This document shows positions 49,879-63,800 of a stretch of DNA of 64,000 nt, piece after piece. Where the stretch lies: assembly GCF_037042905.1 (NCBI RefSeq), contig NC_087245.1, forward strand, positions 38,690,001 through 38,754,000, read 5' to 3'. The position numbers and the translations under genes are program-made. The notes below the pieces were generated by a model. It saw only the letters and a program-made list of their open reading frames with translations, had not been told where the DNA came from and did no database searches. The stretch is from Lytechinus pictus (Eukaryota). How positions within the stretch are numbered: position 1 is the stretch's first letter; each line of letters begins with the position of its first letter.

Positions 49879-50664
49879 TAGGGACAGTGATTTTCCGTTT
49901 CTAAAAATTGCCTTTTCCGTTTCAGAAAATTTCAAATTCCGTTTCAGCATGTCTGAAAATGGAAATTCCGTTTCCCCATAGACTTTGTGTACATGAAAAA
50001 GTGACAATTCCGTTTACATAGAAAACCAATACGCAATGAGTAGCGATGTCAAAATGCTAGCGCTGGTCAAAATTTGCATCTACCAATGTACTAACATCGC
50101 TTTAAAATCCATTTTAATCGAAGAGAATCGAGCTCAAAAACTATTTAGAGAAACATAATCAACATGGATATATTCTCACCTTTCTTCTTATTAATATTAG
50201 CATTATTTTATTGTTAAATGGGATTTTATCGCTGATTTGGGGACTTTTCGGACATCGTTTTGAGCAGTCTACGACTTCCGCCTATCCGCCATTTTGGATT
50301 TGTTGAATCACCGTGATCATTATATTATGACCGAACGCAGAGGGCAGCAACACACGTCCGTATTCTGCCTTATATGCGGACGTTAGTGTAAACTAATTTA
50401 GATACGATCGAGTGATGGAGGGGCTCGAGTGTAGTTACGATGTGTTGATTGTCATGATTGTTATTGCAAAGTGAAATCGTGTTTTTTTCAGTTGATATTT
50501 GTAATTTGTTAAGGATTTGGGATTAATTTCTGTTGCTTTTTTGTGCATTTTGAGAAGAAACATGTTTTCCGTGATTTTCCGTTTGAAAAATCACTTTCCG
50601 TTTTAAAAGGCCGATTCTGTGAATTCCGTCCGTTTTCCGCGATCGCGGAAAATCACTGTCCCTA
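49879..50664. mobile_element. hAT-like element nested in the Kolobok-like MITE at about 49585-50943
   Basis: tatatg|tagggacagtgattttccg ... cggaaaatcactgtcccta|tatatg; ttccgtt subterminal repeats; host MITE resumes on both sides. Confidence 0.8.
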
Positions 50665-51743
50665 TATATGGTTCAGTCAAGTTGGTCCTTATTGTCAAAT
50701 CTGTAAAAAAATGAAATATTGTATAATTCAGACAATAAAAAAAAGAAATAGTGAGTGATGGACATCATCGACTGACTCACCTAGTTGTGCTTATCACTGT
50801 TTTGTGAAAAATAAGCGAAACTTTGAAATGTCATAACTTTCTTATTTTACATCCGATTTTGATGAAATTTTCAGCACTATGCTAGTTTGATTTTTCTCTA
50901 TTTATTCAAATCAGCATTTTCCTGGGGTGAACTTGACCTTTAAGTATAAAATAAATAAAAGATTATTGGTTAGTGACTGTGCACAATAAGAATTCTGAAC
51001 AAAATATTTTTAAAATCCACGATGAAAGCTCCCGTCTCGTCTGATTGAATCGTTATCAACTTCAGAATTTTTTATAAACATGAATATTCCCTATTCTTTG
51101 GAATGTGAATTTTACCAGTATGATAACAAGTGGAGTGGAGGTCGTGTCTACTGTTTCAACATTCCCGATCAACACTTTCCAATCGGAGAAGCTGCGTTTG
51201 CAATGTCATTGTGATCGATCATAATCAGATCTACATGAAATAACCATGAAAAAAATATATTCTGTTCTTTGCAAATTCTGTTTCTGTCCTCATTCTCTCA
51301 TTATCAATATTTTTTTCTTTGTTTTTTTTCATTCAATTTAAAATTGAAAGTAAAAATGACTCTTATTTTTTGTTTAAAGAATGAAATAAATAAAAGAAAT
51401 TGTTAATGGTTATAAATAATTTTTATAACCTTTCTTTTTAGAAAGAAAATTTATTATAAATGTATGACAGATCTTTAATGTGATAATGTGGCTGAGGGTC
51501 GGCGATCCTTTCTTTTATATGTTACTAATTTAATTTGGCTTTCATTGCCGAACCCCTCACCGAACCAAAGCTTTGAAAAAATTGTCGAACCCTGCCGAAC
51601 CGAACTGAACCCGAACATGCCGCCTGACTTGCAGCACTACTTACAAAAATGTTGATGGTCCCTGACTAAGGCAGGCTCACCTGTTTGTGAAGCAAAAAAC
51701 TGCTGAATAGTTACTAACTTGTCGCTGATCATTTTTCCTCCAG

Positions 51744-51892
51744 ATGCCTCGTTCAAGGTACCAGTCACCGAGCAGGTACTCCAGTCGCCACCGTCACAGG
51801 AGAAAACTGAGGACTCCATCCTATGCCAGAGAGAGGGACCGAAATGACTTTTATAGCAAAGACTACGGTGCTTGCAGATATCGCTCAAGGAG
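51744..51892 (+). CDS. CLK2: CLK exon 2
   Basis: [20 protein letters not shown]...YRSR. Confidence 0.88.
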
Positions 51893-54800
51893 GTACGTGT
51901 ACAAATGACACCATTACCAGTGCAAGTGAATTCGTAAGCATGCAGGTGATGTCAGCCTAACCAGATGTACATGTAGGACATTGAAGATCAAAACATACAA
52001 TGATGTATCTTTCACTTTGTTTGAATTATGTTCAGTTCCAAATTGATATTTACCGGTAGGTTGTGTATATATACACCGGTAGTTACAGACCTGCCAACCA
52101 GTACGTTTTAGCCGTATTTAGTCCTTTTTTTTTTTTTTACTAAATCGTAATTTATTGAGAAAAATAATCTCTATATGTCTCTATTTCATAAAACGTACAC
52201 AAATATGGTCATTAGATCAATGTTATTTCAGGTAACTTGTTTTTTTTTTCAATCATTTTGTTAAAACCAGGGTGACGATGTACACATGTTTGAATGTTTT
52301 TTTTTTTTCATCTGCAAGAGCAGTGCGCATTTTAGCTTGCATGCAGCTTGAGCGCCGCGATGAGCGAGTGCGCCAAGCATTTTATTATGAAATACACTTT
52401 TGGGGGGAAAAATACAGTTTTTTTAATCACAGAATACAGTTTTTCATTCCCAGAGGTTGGCAGGTCTGAAGTTAGGATTTTTATACTGCCACCATGCCCA
52501 TTTAAATTTCACCCTACTACACTTCCTGTCATTTTTTAAAATTTTGATGTGGCTATTACATCATTCATTGCATTCCCACTTTGTTTCTTTATATTCAACA
52601 TACTTCAGACTGTGATCATCGTCATCGCACCTTGTTAACAATCTCCATCCATCTATCTCACTGGTTATAGTACCAATAGAATACATGTAAACATATTTGA
52701 ATTTCATGCATACTTTCTGGATAAAATTGTACATGACAACTTGAAAGCTTGATAGAGGCATGCAAAACGTAGCAACAAGTAATGGATGCAAACTGGAGTC
52801 TTATTATTATCATGTATTTATTACTGACATGTTAAATGAATGCTTTGTTCCCCCTGGGGAAAAGAAATCCATTTTAAATGGATTTTTTTTCCCCAGGGGG
52901 ACATGGTTTAGTTGAATCATTATGCATTAATATTTGGGAATGCAAATCTGGGCTATTGCATCATCTGTTGAATTCGTTTAGAAATTCAGAGTTTCCAATG
53001 TTTATGATTTCCATTTGCAGTCGAGATTACTACCGAGAGCCGTCACCATCACCCCAGAGCAGACACTGTAGAGACTTTGACCGCGACAGGGGACGAGACA
53101 ACTTCTACGACGACCGCTTCAGAGAAAACCACGGGCACGAAAGTCAACATAGAAAACGTCACAGTAGGAGGTACCGGAGGCCACGGAGACGCTCAGATAG
53201 CTACTCAACGGTATGTTACCCTATTGAACAGTCACCAGCTTTAATGAATGGTCTTAAGATCAATTATCTTTGCTAGTTGAAAGAGGGGGTGGGTGGGTGG
53301 GGCTTCATTTTCAGACTATAAAATAATGCAAATTACTGAATTCAATTATTGATCGGATATTTCATCTGAAGCACTGCAAATGTGCATGAAATGCTATTTC
53401 TATACATCACTTCTTCCCATTCTCACTAATGCTACTCTGGAAGAAGAGGAACAAACAATAGATAAGTATTATATTATGGAAGCATTTTTCAGAATATATT
53501 TTTCTTTTGCTATGCTTACATGGATCCAGCCCTAGTTTTGAAATTTTACTTGTTTTCTGAAAATTCGCAGAATGCATTTTCAACATTAGGAATATGAAAG
53601 GTAGCCTGACTAGTCTCTTTTAATATTTATATTTTATTTAGGATGATTTGTAATAGATGTTAATATGGGGCTTTAGAGTTTAATGTTGAAAAAGTAATGC
53701 TGTAAAAGTGAAGTGAATGATGATTTACACATATATGGTAAGTTCAATCAGCTAGGATGAAAAATTATATTCTTATTGCTTGTAAAAGAGTATTTCGCTT
53801 TTGTTTTTTTTTTATATTATCTTTTCTGATTTTTTAAAACTGTTTTACAAAAAAAGAAAGAAAGTGTCAAAGGTCTCACTTGAGCTCCACAGCTACTCTG
53901 ATAACTTTCACTTTTTTTTCAAATTTTTATTCATTTTGTGTTATAAAGTCAATATTGCAATGCAGATGTTTTATGGTGGGTCTCCTTTAATGTTGGAGAT
54001 AAATGCTAGAAGTTGAGGGTGAACAAATAGAAAGTGAGCAGGCAACTGTCTGATACTTGCAGTGGATTATTACCGCCTTGCTTGACATTATTATGCCAAA
54101 GAGGCATTTTAATCAGAGAGAGAATGCGAGAGATGGAAAGAGAGAGAGAGAATATGTGTGTTATCAGGACATTTGCAAAGAGGGAAGGAGAGTGATGGTG
54201 ATAAAGCACACTGATTTTAGTTATGTATGCCATTTGCATCCCTATCTTATCTTCTGTATGTATCCTCATGAAACCGTTTGTGGGCCAAAACGATGTTGCT
54301 CACCAAACAACCTCCATTCACTTGCCCACCTGCCCCCGCCGCCAAATGGAACAACTCAACCTCTTCCACCACCACCACTACCACCATCGCTACATGCACT
54401 ACAACCCTACCAATCCGTCAACGTACCAATCCGTCTTCTACTCACTCCAACCGGGCTGATGATGGATGTGTGCCTACTGCATACTGTTGATCTTGTCATG
54501 TGACCTTTGGGCGGGGCTGGCCTGTTGTCGGCATGGTTTTCTGGTGTGGCTTCCGTTGTTTCCCGGTGTAGAGTCGGCATAGGGAGGAAGGGCACAGAGC
54601 AAGCGTTATAGATGATGATGAGGGTCATTTGATCTATCGACCAGGCGACTGCTTGCAAGCAAGATGTACACATGCAGCTTCGTAATTTCGTAGCGCTCCT
54701 TTTAAGACAAGTGACAACTTTCCCTCGACATCTACATCTCTTACATTCACAACATACCACAACACATTCCTAAAAAATGAACATAAAAAAATCCTCATAC

Positions 54801-57800
54801 TTGCCCTTCCTTTACCTTTTAAGTCAAATGAATTGACTCGAAAGAATATGTACTTTGAAAAAAAAAATAATTAGGTCCTTCAATATATCACTGTCCTATG
54901 CAAAGAGTTGTACTTCTTTGCTTATTACTAGACTAATATTTTCTAGTGCATGAAAGATTATTTTCTTTAGCCTTTCAATTTTTGTTTCTTTGTCATTCAT
55001 AATATTCGGATGTTTAAATTGCTAGGAATTTTTCAATATTTCCACCCTAATTTTCCATTTTGTTTGACTTAGGAAAGTACATGTAGATACTTCTGTACCT
55101 TTTGTCATGTGTGTGATTTGCTAGGAAAATACCATAGTATTGAAAAAAAAACATGTATTTTTTTTTGCTATTGCTACATGTATGTTAAGGGCAGTGATTT
55201 CTTATTCTTTTTTGCAGGGATCTATCTTTTCATAGACCAATTTCTAATGCTTGTCATGTTTTTTCTCCTCTAGATGAAATCACCTCCACATTAGGGGAGG
55301 GAACCTTTGGTAAAGTTGTTCAGTGCAGGGATAACATGTCTGGGTAAGTTTATCCATTTTTACTTGAATTTTCGATTATGCATTGCTTGGCTTTTAGTCC
55401 AATGAATTAACCAGAAAGGGGGGGGGGGGGGGGGGCTTTCATCAACATTATTTGACTGACAAATTGTCAGATCAGGCAAATTTGAAAGAGTAATAGTTTT
55501 TTTATATGCTGAGAGGCATATAGGTGTCTGACCATGACTGTGGTAACAGTTGGATAAACGACATTGCTTACGACTAGCTGCAAGAAAAGGTCACCAGCAC
55601 TAAGAATAGATTTAATCCCCATGTTTATGGAACGCGAGGTTTTGTCTCCCTTCTTAAATATTGATGACAAAGATAATCCACCTGGGACTCTTTTGAAATT
55701 CAGACTATACTCATGTCGTGTTATTGTTTTCCTCCCTATATATAGTAGACCCTCTCATTTCCATAGTCTTTTTTTACTGCTTTTTCTTTAAAATGTCAAT
55801 CCCTCAATTTGTATCTAATTCATATTACTTTATATTATGTGTGAATGGAAATGAAGTACTGAATTGAATTGAAAAAAATATATTGCAATATTAATATTTT
55901 TGAAACTTTAAATCACAGGCTTTAGCACATACATGTTTTGGCTGTTGCATTAGATTCCGTCAGTGTTGACTCTAAAGTGTTGATAGTTCTGGTGTAAAGG
56001 TCAAGCACTAAGCTAAATATTAAAACAAACAAATCGTCAGACGTAGCATCAATATCCCCATCTGGTAAAATCATTACGAGTCTGAATGAAAATTTGTAGA
56101 TACAATAGACCATTCCTGTGCGATATTACGAGCAATCTTATTGGAGGATAAGACGAGAGGGAACCTGTGCGTCAGTTCATGTAAAAAATGATTTAGCATG
56201 GTTTGATGAATCTGTTTCTATTGTTTAGCCCTCCGATATGGATGGAGGATGACGACGTCACTGGGAACACTCTTATAGTATAGGAGCTTGTTCAGACAAA
56301 GGACACTTGTCCAGTTGTCCCGAAATCTACTGCCTACTGACATGAAACTTAATGGCCCGAATTCACAATGGTGGTTTTGAAAACCCACAGTTGAGTCCTG
56401 GATTATGCAGATTTCCTGTATAGATTACACTTAATTTAGCGTGTGTATAAAAATTCCAATGCTGATGCGTGCTTTTGTCACAGTGCGCCAAATTGACGCC
56501 TGTTACCATGGTTAGATACGCTATTTTATTCATTAGTCCACTGTTTGAAGAGTGGACTCATTAATTCAAACAGTGGACTCATGAATAAAATAGCGTAGAT
56601 AACCACGGCAACCGGCGTCAATTTGGCACACTGTGACAAAAGCGCGCATCAGCGTTGGACATTTTTTTAATATATATGGTAAAATAAGCGTAATTTATAC
56701 AGAAAATCTGCATAAACCATGGACTCAACCGTGGGTTTTCAAAACCACCTTTGTGAATTTGGGCCTATAAGATTGCCTGACAAAGCAAAACTCAATTTAT
56801 GCAAACTGGATTCTAAACACAGAGCCTCACTTACAAAAAGTGAGTGATCAGAATATCTTGTTTCTCACTGCTCTTAACTGAAAGGTGCTTGTGTAAATTA
56901 GAGGGCTGCCAAGTTTCCCTGATTGCCAGGGAGACTCTCAGAAAATTGACTGACTTTCGAGTGGAAAATTGCAGATTTTCAACATCTCCCTGATTCATAC
57001 ATTGATTTCTTTCATTGGATGTGTAATTGGGACAGATCTCCCTCCTTCCTTCAGTAAATTCTCCCTGAAAAATGAATACCAAGTTGGCAGCTCTGAATTA
57101 TTGGAATGCCCTAGTATTCACTCAGTCTCAGAGTGCATTCCATGATATCCAAATACTCTATTCTCTTTTCAAAAAGGATTTCAAAGCCGTTCAGGAGACA
57201 CATCCATGATCTCATGAGTGCCTGATGCGAGTGAATAATTGTACATGTAGGTCATTTGGAACATGGGCTAATTACAAACTAGTCTATTGTTAAGCATGAG
57301 GTTGCCACTCGCATTATTTTCTTTTCAGGGGTACTAAAAAAGCATTGAAAATCATCAAGAACATCGAGAAGTACAGGGAAGCCGCCAAACTGGAAATCAA
57401 TGTCCTAGAGAAAATCAACAAAAAGGAAGGAGCTGGAAAAAGGTATCATTTGTTTTGAAGATATTATTTAAGTAAGGAAAATGATTTTCTCTTTTGAAAA
57501 ACTGCCCTTTGGTGTTTCAGTTTTAGGGTATTATGAATTCAACGTTACGTTGTTCAGTATGAAACCTTATGCATGTATTTAAGACCGGAGCTTGTTGTAT
57601 ATACTTTAAAAAAATAAATTCTGATGACAATTTGAAAATCTGTTGTTGCTGCATGCTCGCCTCTGAGATTCAATTTAATTCAAGTAAATATTTATTTTCT
57701 TCCAATTTATATTCTTTTTCATATAAAGTCATATACAGTCAAATCTGTCTATTGGGGCCACCCTAGGGAAACTGATAAAGCTTAACAAAAACTAGAGGCA

Positions 57801-60800
57801 TAATTGTTTGTCTATGTTTATGGACTTTCGGGGCTGGCAGTTATGTGCATTTATATGATGAGTTTTGACAAATGTGATCCACCTATTTTTATATCCTTTA
57901 AAATCTTAATAACCCTATGCTTCATTCAAACGTCTGTGAATTGGAGCCATTGCATTCTCATTTTGCATTCTCTTTGTAGCTTGTGTGTGAAGATGTACGA
58001 CTGGTTTGACTACCACGGCCATGTCTGCATATCCTTTGAGATTCTTGGTCTCAGTATATTTGACTTTCTGGTAAGTATACTGAAATTTGGGGTACTACAG
58101 TAAAGGTAGGGAATTTATGTTATGGTTCAGACAACGTGAACCAACAAGGCTTTAGAAGCAATAAGCGTACTGCCAAGTGTTTTCTTGGAGTAAACCATAT
58201 TCCAATATGAAGGGAGCTTTCTAATGAGACACGAATAGTGCCAATAATATTTAACTATAAATGACACTATAAATTGAAACCTTTCCACTGACTTTATTTT
58301 GTGGCTAATTTCTAACTTCGTTATATTTTTTCCTTTCATGTTTAGAAGATTAATGTTTGTATCTATAGATTGACAAACTTAAATATTCATTGTTACCATG
58401 ATACTTCAAAATAAATGAACCTTTCAATTAAAGGAGAATGAAACTCTTGGAGCAAGTTAGCTTTTGTGAAAGCAGAAAAATCAAAGAATAAGATCAACAA
58501 AAGTTTGAGTAAAATAGGACTAGCAATAGAAGAGTTATGAGCATTTGAATGTCGAGATCACTAATGCTATGGAGATCCTCCCATTGACAATGCGACCAAG
58601 ATCTATGATGCCACAGATGAACAACTCTCCCCTTTTGGACGTTGAAAATATACCCCAAAACATCTCTTTTTGCTCATTCTAATCATATGACAAACGATTC
58701 ATCAATGATATAATGTTGTGAAACCTCTGTACTTGTCCTCTCATAAAGAGAACACCTCACCTTGTGATAGACTATAAAAGTGAGAATATAAGTGAAATAA
58801 GTACTAAAGTAATGAGGGAGTTGTACGTGTGTGACATCACAGATCTTGGTCGCATTGCCAATGGGAGGATCTACATGGCATTAGTGATCTCAATATTCAA
58901 ATGCTCATAACTTTCTTATTATACATTCAATCTTCCTCAAACTTTCAACAATATGTTTCTTTGATTTTTCTCTTTGATATGGATTCAGCTGGTTTCAAGG
59001 GTTTCATTCGCCTTTAAAGTTTTTTCTTTACATTGTTTCTACATTACAGAAAGACAACAACTACCAGCCTTACCCTTTAGGTCAAATTAAACAAATGTCC
59101 CACCAACTCTGCTCAGCTGTCAAATGTAAGTATGTGATAAATGAATCTTCATGTTTTATATCAAAGTATGGGCAGGTTCAGGCATTTTTCATATTCGAAG
59201 GTCTGTGCAAGATACAGCATTATGTGACTTAGTCGTAATTTGTAAGCAAAAGATCAGCAAGTTAACCAAAAACTATGCTGGAAGTTTATTCATGAGTGAC
59301 ACTTTGGCCCGTATTCTGAAGTCAGGTTTAAATTAGACCATGGTCCAACTCTGTGATAAAATTATGGGGAGCCAAAAGTGTCCAAATTTTTATTTAGTTC
59401 TATGTTTCTTATGTTTACTGTGCTCTTTCCTGATGTATCGATGATGAAGACAATCATCTATTTATACTTCCTAGACAATTATGAATGATTTGAGAGCCAA
59501 ATGAGCTGAAATATGATATCTCTACTATTAGTGATTTATGTAACAATTGGCTATCCATACTTAAACCACAACTGTAAACCTGAGTTTAAGTTAAACCCGA
59601 CTTCAGAATACAGGCCTTTGAATTTAGACTATCTAAAAAGTAGACTGATTGCTGGAAGATTAAGTGAATATAAACTCACATGTACAGTTTCATTTATGTG
59701 CTCTTCTCTGTTTTTTTCCCTCTCTTTTGTTTCAAGTTCTACACGATATGAAGATTACACACACAGATCTCAAACCAGAGAACATTCTCTTTTTGGATAG
59801 TCGATCATCTATCAAATATGATCCGGGCAAGGTAAGATCCTTAATTTTTGTTATATTTTTGGTGTGTTTAGTTTGATGTATTAATAATATATTTATCATT
59901 CATATTAATATTTTTTAGATATATAACTTCCTAATATTTCAGTTAGAAATTGTATTCAATGCAGGCTAGGTTGTTTTACCTGTTTGAAACATTTAGGGGG
60001 GGATGGGCTGATTTTGAGATCAAATTAAATCTCATTGTATTGATAAATCTGAAAAATTTGAGCTTAGAATTTGAAATGCATTTGAGAAAGCCATGTTACC
60101 GATTTCAGTATATTGCATTAAAGTGAAATAAATGTATGTTGTTTATCTTTTTTTTTCAGAAACAAGATGTAAGGCAAGTACTGAATTGTGACATCAGACT
60201 AATAGACTTTGGATCAGCGACCTTTGACCATGAACACCACAGCACAATTGTTTCAACCAGGCATTACAGGGCACTTGAGGTCATCCTAGGTATTTAGATT
60301 TTAATATTTACTGTATCCCCCTCTCCTATCGTTATACCTGTGTATAGAATCTTTAGTATTGCTGATGTATTGATAATAATTATGATAGCCATTTATGAAT
60401 CACCATCTATCTTGAAATAATTCATTCCGAGGCTCACTCATCTTATTACCCTGGCTTGAGCTTGTGCTGCCGTTTCTAGTGCTTTGCATTCAAGGAATTC
60501 CTCCAACCGGGTACCCATTCACCTCACCTGGGTTGAGTGCAGCACTACGTCGATTTTGCTGAAAGAAAATACACCTCGGCTGGGATTTGAACCCATGATC
60601 CTCTGTTTCAAAATGCGGAGAACTAATCAGGGCTGCAAAGCTCCAAATAAATTATATCGAGTACCGTGTTCTGCTAAAATTTGTGTCTCTTGGGCTCATA
60701 TGAGAATAATTGATTGTTGTAATCTACATTAAGAATATATACAGAGCATTTCAAATATTCTGCCGCAGCTTACTATTTACTATTTTCTGTTGTTTATTAC

Positions 60801-63800
60801 AGAGCTTGGTTGGAGCCAGCCGTGTGATGTATGGAGTATTGGATGTATCATATTTGAACTTTACACCGGATTTACATTATTTCAGGTGAACATCAACAGC
60901 TTTCATCTTTACATGTAACACTGTTACAGCCCGTCTAAAGCTTTGGTATAGGGTCTGTTGTCATCTAACATTCTAATCATACCAAAGTGTAGTGGCCGTT
61001 GAATATTATTTCAGCCGTCAAAGCTCACATTTGACGTTGTTTCGTATCTAGCGCCCTCTCTTTCAATGTTTTTTTTATATTTTTCTTTAAAAGAGTCTCT
61101 TTGAGCACTTCTCTTACAAGTATAGTGATTGTACATCAGAAAACTACAGAAAATTTTTCAGCCTATTCTATGCCTTGTAATAGGTTTTATATCAAAAGAA
61201 AGAAACAAAATGATAATTCATTTTGATCGGGCTGCCAGATCAAAATGGTTAGTAGACAAACTTGTTGTGGAGTAACTAGGATTAGATTATGTGGGGATGA
61301 GACCAAATGGAAAGTAGAAAAAGCAGGTGAACTGGCAATTAAATTAAATTAAGTATACCCAATATTTTAATTCAAGTTTGTATGCATTTTTATTGTAGTT
61401 TGATATTTTCAATGTTACAGGACCGTGTTGAAAAACAGTGTATTTTATCTGAACATGTTATCCTGTATAAAGATGTTTTAATAAATAAATAAATTATAGG
61501 TTTATTGTGGAATGGTGTCATAAAGTTTCAGTCCTGGTATGGAAATTGGATTTTGATAGCAAATGGTTTGAAGCAATCATAAAGTGTTTATCATATGCCA
61601 GAATGCTTATTTATTTAGATCAACAAATTTAAATGGAAATAATTTAGGCTTGCTTGAAATTATATTCATTTCATTACCACATGCTTCTGCGGGTGTAGCC
61701 AACACAGGGAACAACATGTGGCATTTTTTTGTATTTTTCTAATCTTCTTTTGCTCATTACTGTGAAATTATACATCTTCCTAAAATATTGTGTGACAGAT
61801 ATCATTTATTAATATTTTTTTTAGAAATCTGTGTAGGTTTTACTCAATTCTGTGAACATTTTAATTTCTGATGTTACCAGTAATAGGGTCAATCTTTATT
61901 TTTATTGTTTCTATTTTGTATATGAATGTCGCAGACCCATGATAACAGAGAGCATCTTGCCATGATGGAGAGAATACTAGGGAGTTTCCCTTCCTGGATG
62001 ATCAAGAGGACAAGGTAAGAAAGAACGTTGACACCGTAGACAATCCATCACATCAGGGCCCCGTCTTACAAAGAGTTGCGATTGATCCAGTCAGTCGTAA
62101 CCATGGAAGGCCAGCAATGTCAACATCTAAAATGCATGTTTATTTTTAAAAAATTCTAGTTATGATGTATATTCATACATTCATTGTTTTCTTGACAATT
62201 TGGTCTCTTTGCCTTTGTTTACAAAGGACATTTTGCAAATTTCCTGTAGAAAAAATTATACCGATGGATTTCCATAGAGTTACGATTGATCCGATCAAGC
62301 GCAACTATGGAAAGCCAGCAACATCCAACATCGATTATGCATGTTTGTTCAAAATATTTTCTAACTATGATGTATATTCATGCATTCATTGTCTTCTTGA
62401 AAATTTGCTGTGCTTCTCATTGTTTACTAAAGACTTTGTGCAACTTTCCTGTAGAAAAAAATATGACATTGTTGGCTTTCCATAGAGTTATGATTGATTG
62501 GATCAATCTTAACTCTTTGTAAGACGGGGCCCAGGTGGATGTTTCATAAAGCTGTTCGTGAGTTAACGACCACCCACTGACTGGTGATCCTTGTGGTAAA
62601 CGATATACACCTAATATCCGTTGATGTTAATGTTGCACCTGAGAAAGGATTGCCAGTCGTTCGTAACTCACTAACAACTTTATGAAACGCCCACCCGGGT
62701 CCCATTTCATCAAGACTTGTTGTAATAACAAATGCTTATTTTCTATAACAAGTTTACTACCAGCCGATCAAATAGAACGATTTTAGTAGCTTTAAACTGT
62801 TGTTGAAAATTTGCTATTATTATAAAACATTTTCTCAAATGGGTCTCTTTGGACTATAAAATTGCAATCTTGAAAAAGTTAAATGTTCATTGAAGTGAAA
62901 AACAGGACTATTGTTCAATTCATTTACAGCTAAAATTGCACAAGTTGCATATTTTTCCAAGTTGAAGTATTTTTTTCGACCAGTGCTCCGTAACACAAAG
63001 ATTAACGACCAATCGCAAAACGGACTGACCAATCAAGATCAGTGTTACACGCGCATTTAGTTCAATTAGAAGTGCTCTTTTATATTTGCATTCATCGCTT
63101 AGCTTTGTGTTACGGGGGGGGGGGGGGGGGTGTTTTACAAAGAGTTAAGTATGATATGCACATGATATGTAACACGCAATCTTATTGATTGGTTAATATC
63201 CTGTAACTTGCATCCTATTTGACTATTCCAGTGATGCCTTTTATACACAAGGCAACTGGAAATTTAAGTGCGACTCTGAAGTCATACTTGACTCTATTTT
63301 AACACCCCCCCCCCCTCCACGAGATTATGCAAAACGTGTGAAACACCATTGTACTGTAAGATAATCTTGTCATTAACAAATTATTTTTTTAAAAAGAAAA
63401 AAGTGTGAAATAGTTCTTGTTAGACCACTGACAGTCTGCAAATTAAGAAATCAGTTTTTTGAAAGAAAGGTTGTAGAAAGAATCTGTCTATATTCGATAT
63501 AAACCATTTCAGATTGTGTCATAGTACATTTGATCAGCATTTGAGTGTGTAAAATTACTAGAGGATAGGGAAACACAAAGGAGGCTAACAAAATGAGACT
63601 TTGATCTATTTCCACTTTCAACTTTCAGAAAGAGCAAGTACTTCTACCACGACCGTGTTGACTGGGACCAGGACAGCTCGTCCGGTCGCTACGTCTGCGA
63701 GAACTGCCACCCGCTACGCTACTATCCGGACAGCGATGCTGACGAGCACCGCCTTCTCTTTGACGCCATCGAGGAGATGTTAGAATTCGATCCTTTCAAG

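Noticed and set aside
55460..56130. Minus-strand ORFs as host genes
   Set aside because: At most faint, decayed LINE RT-like similarity; too weak to call.
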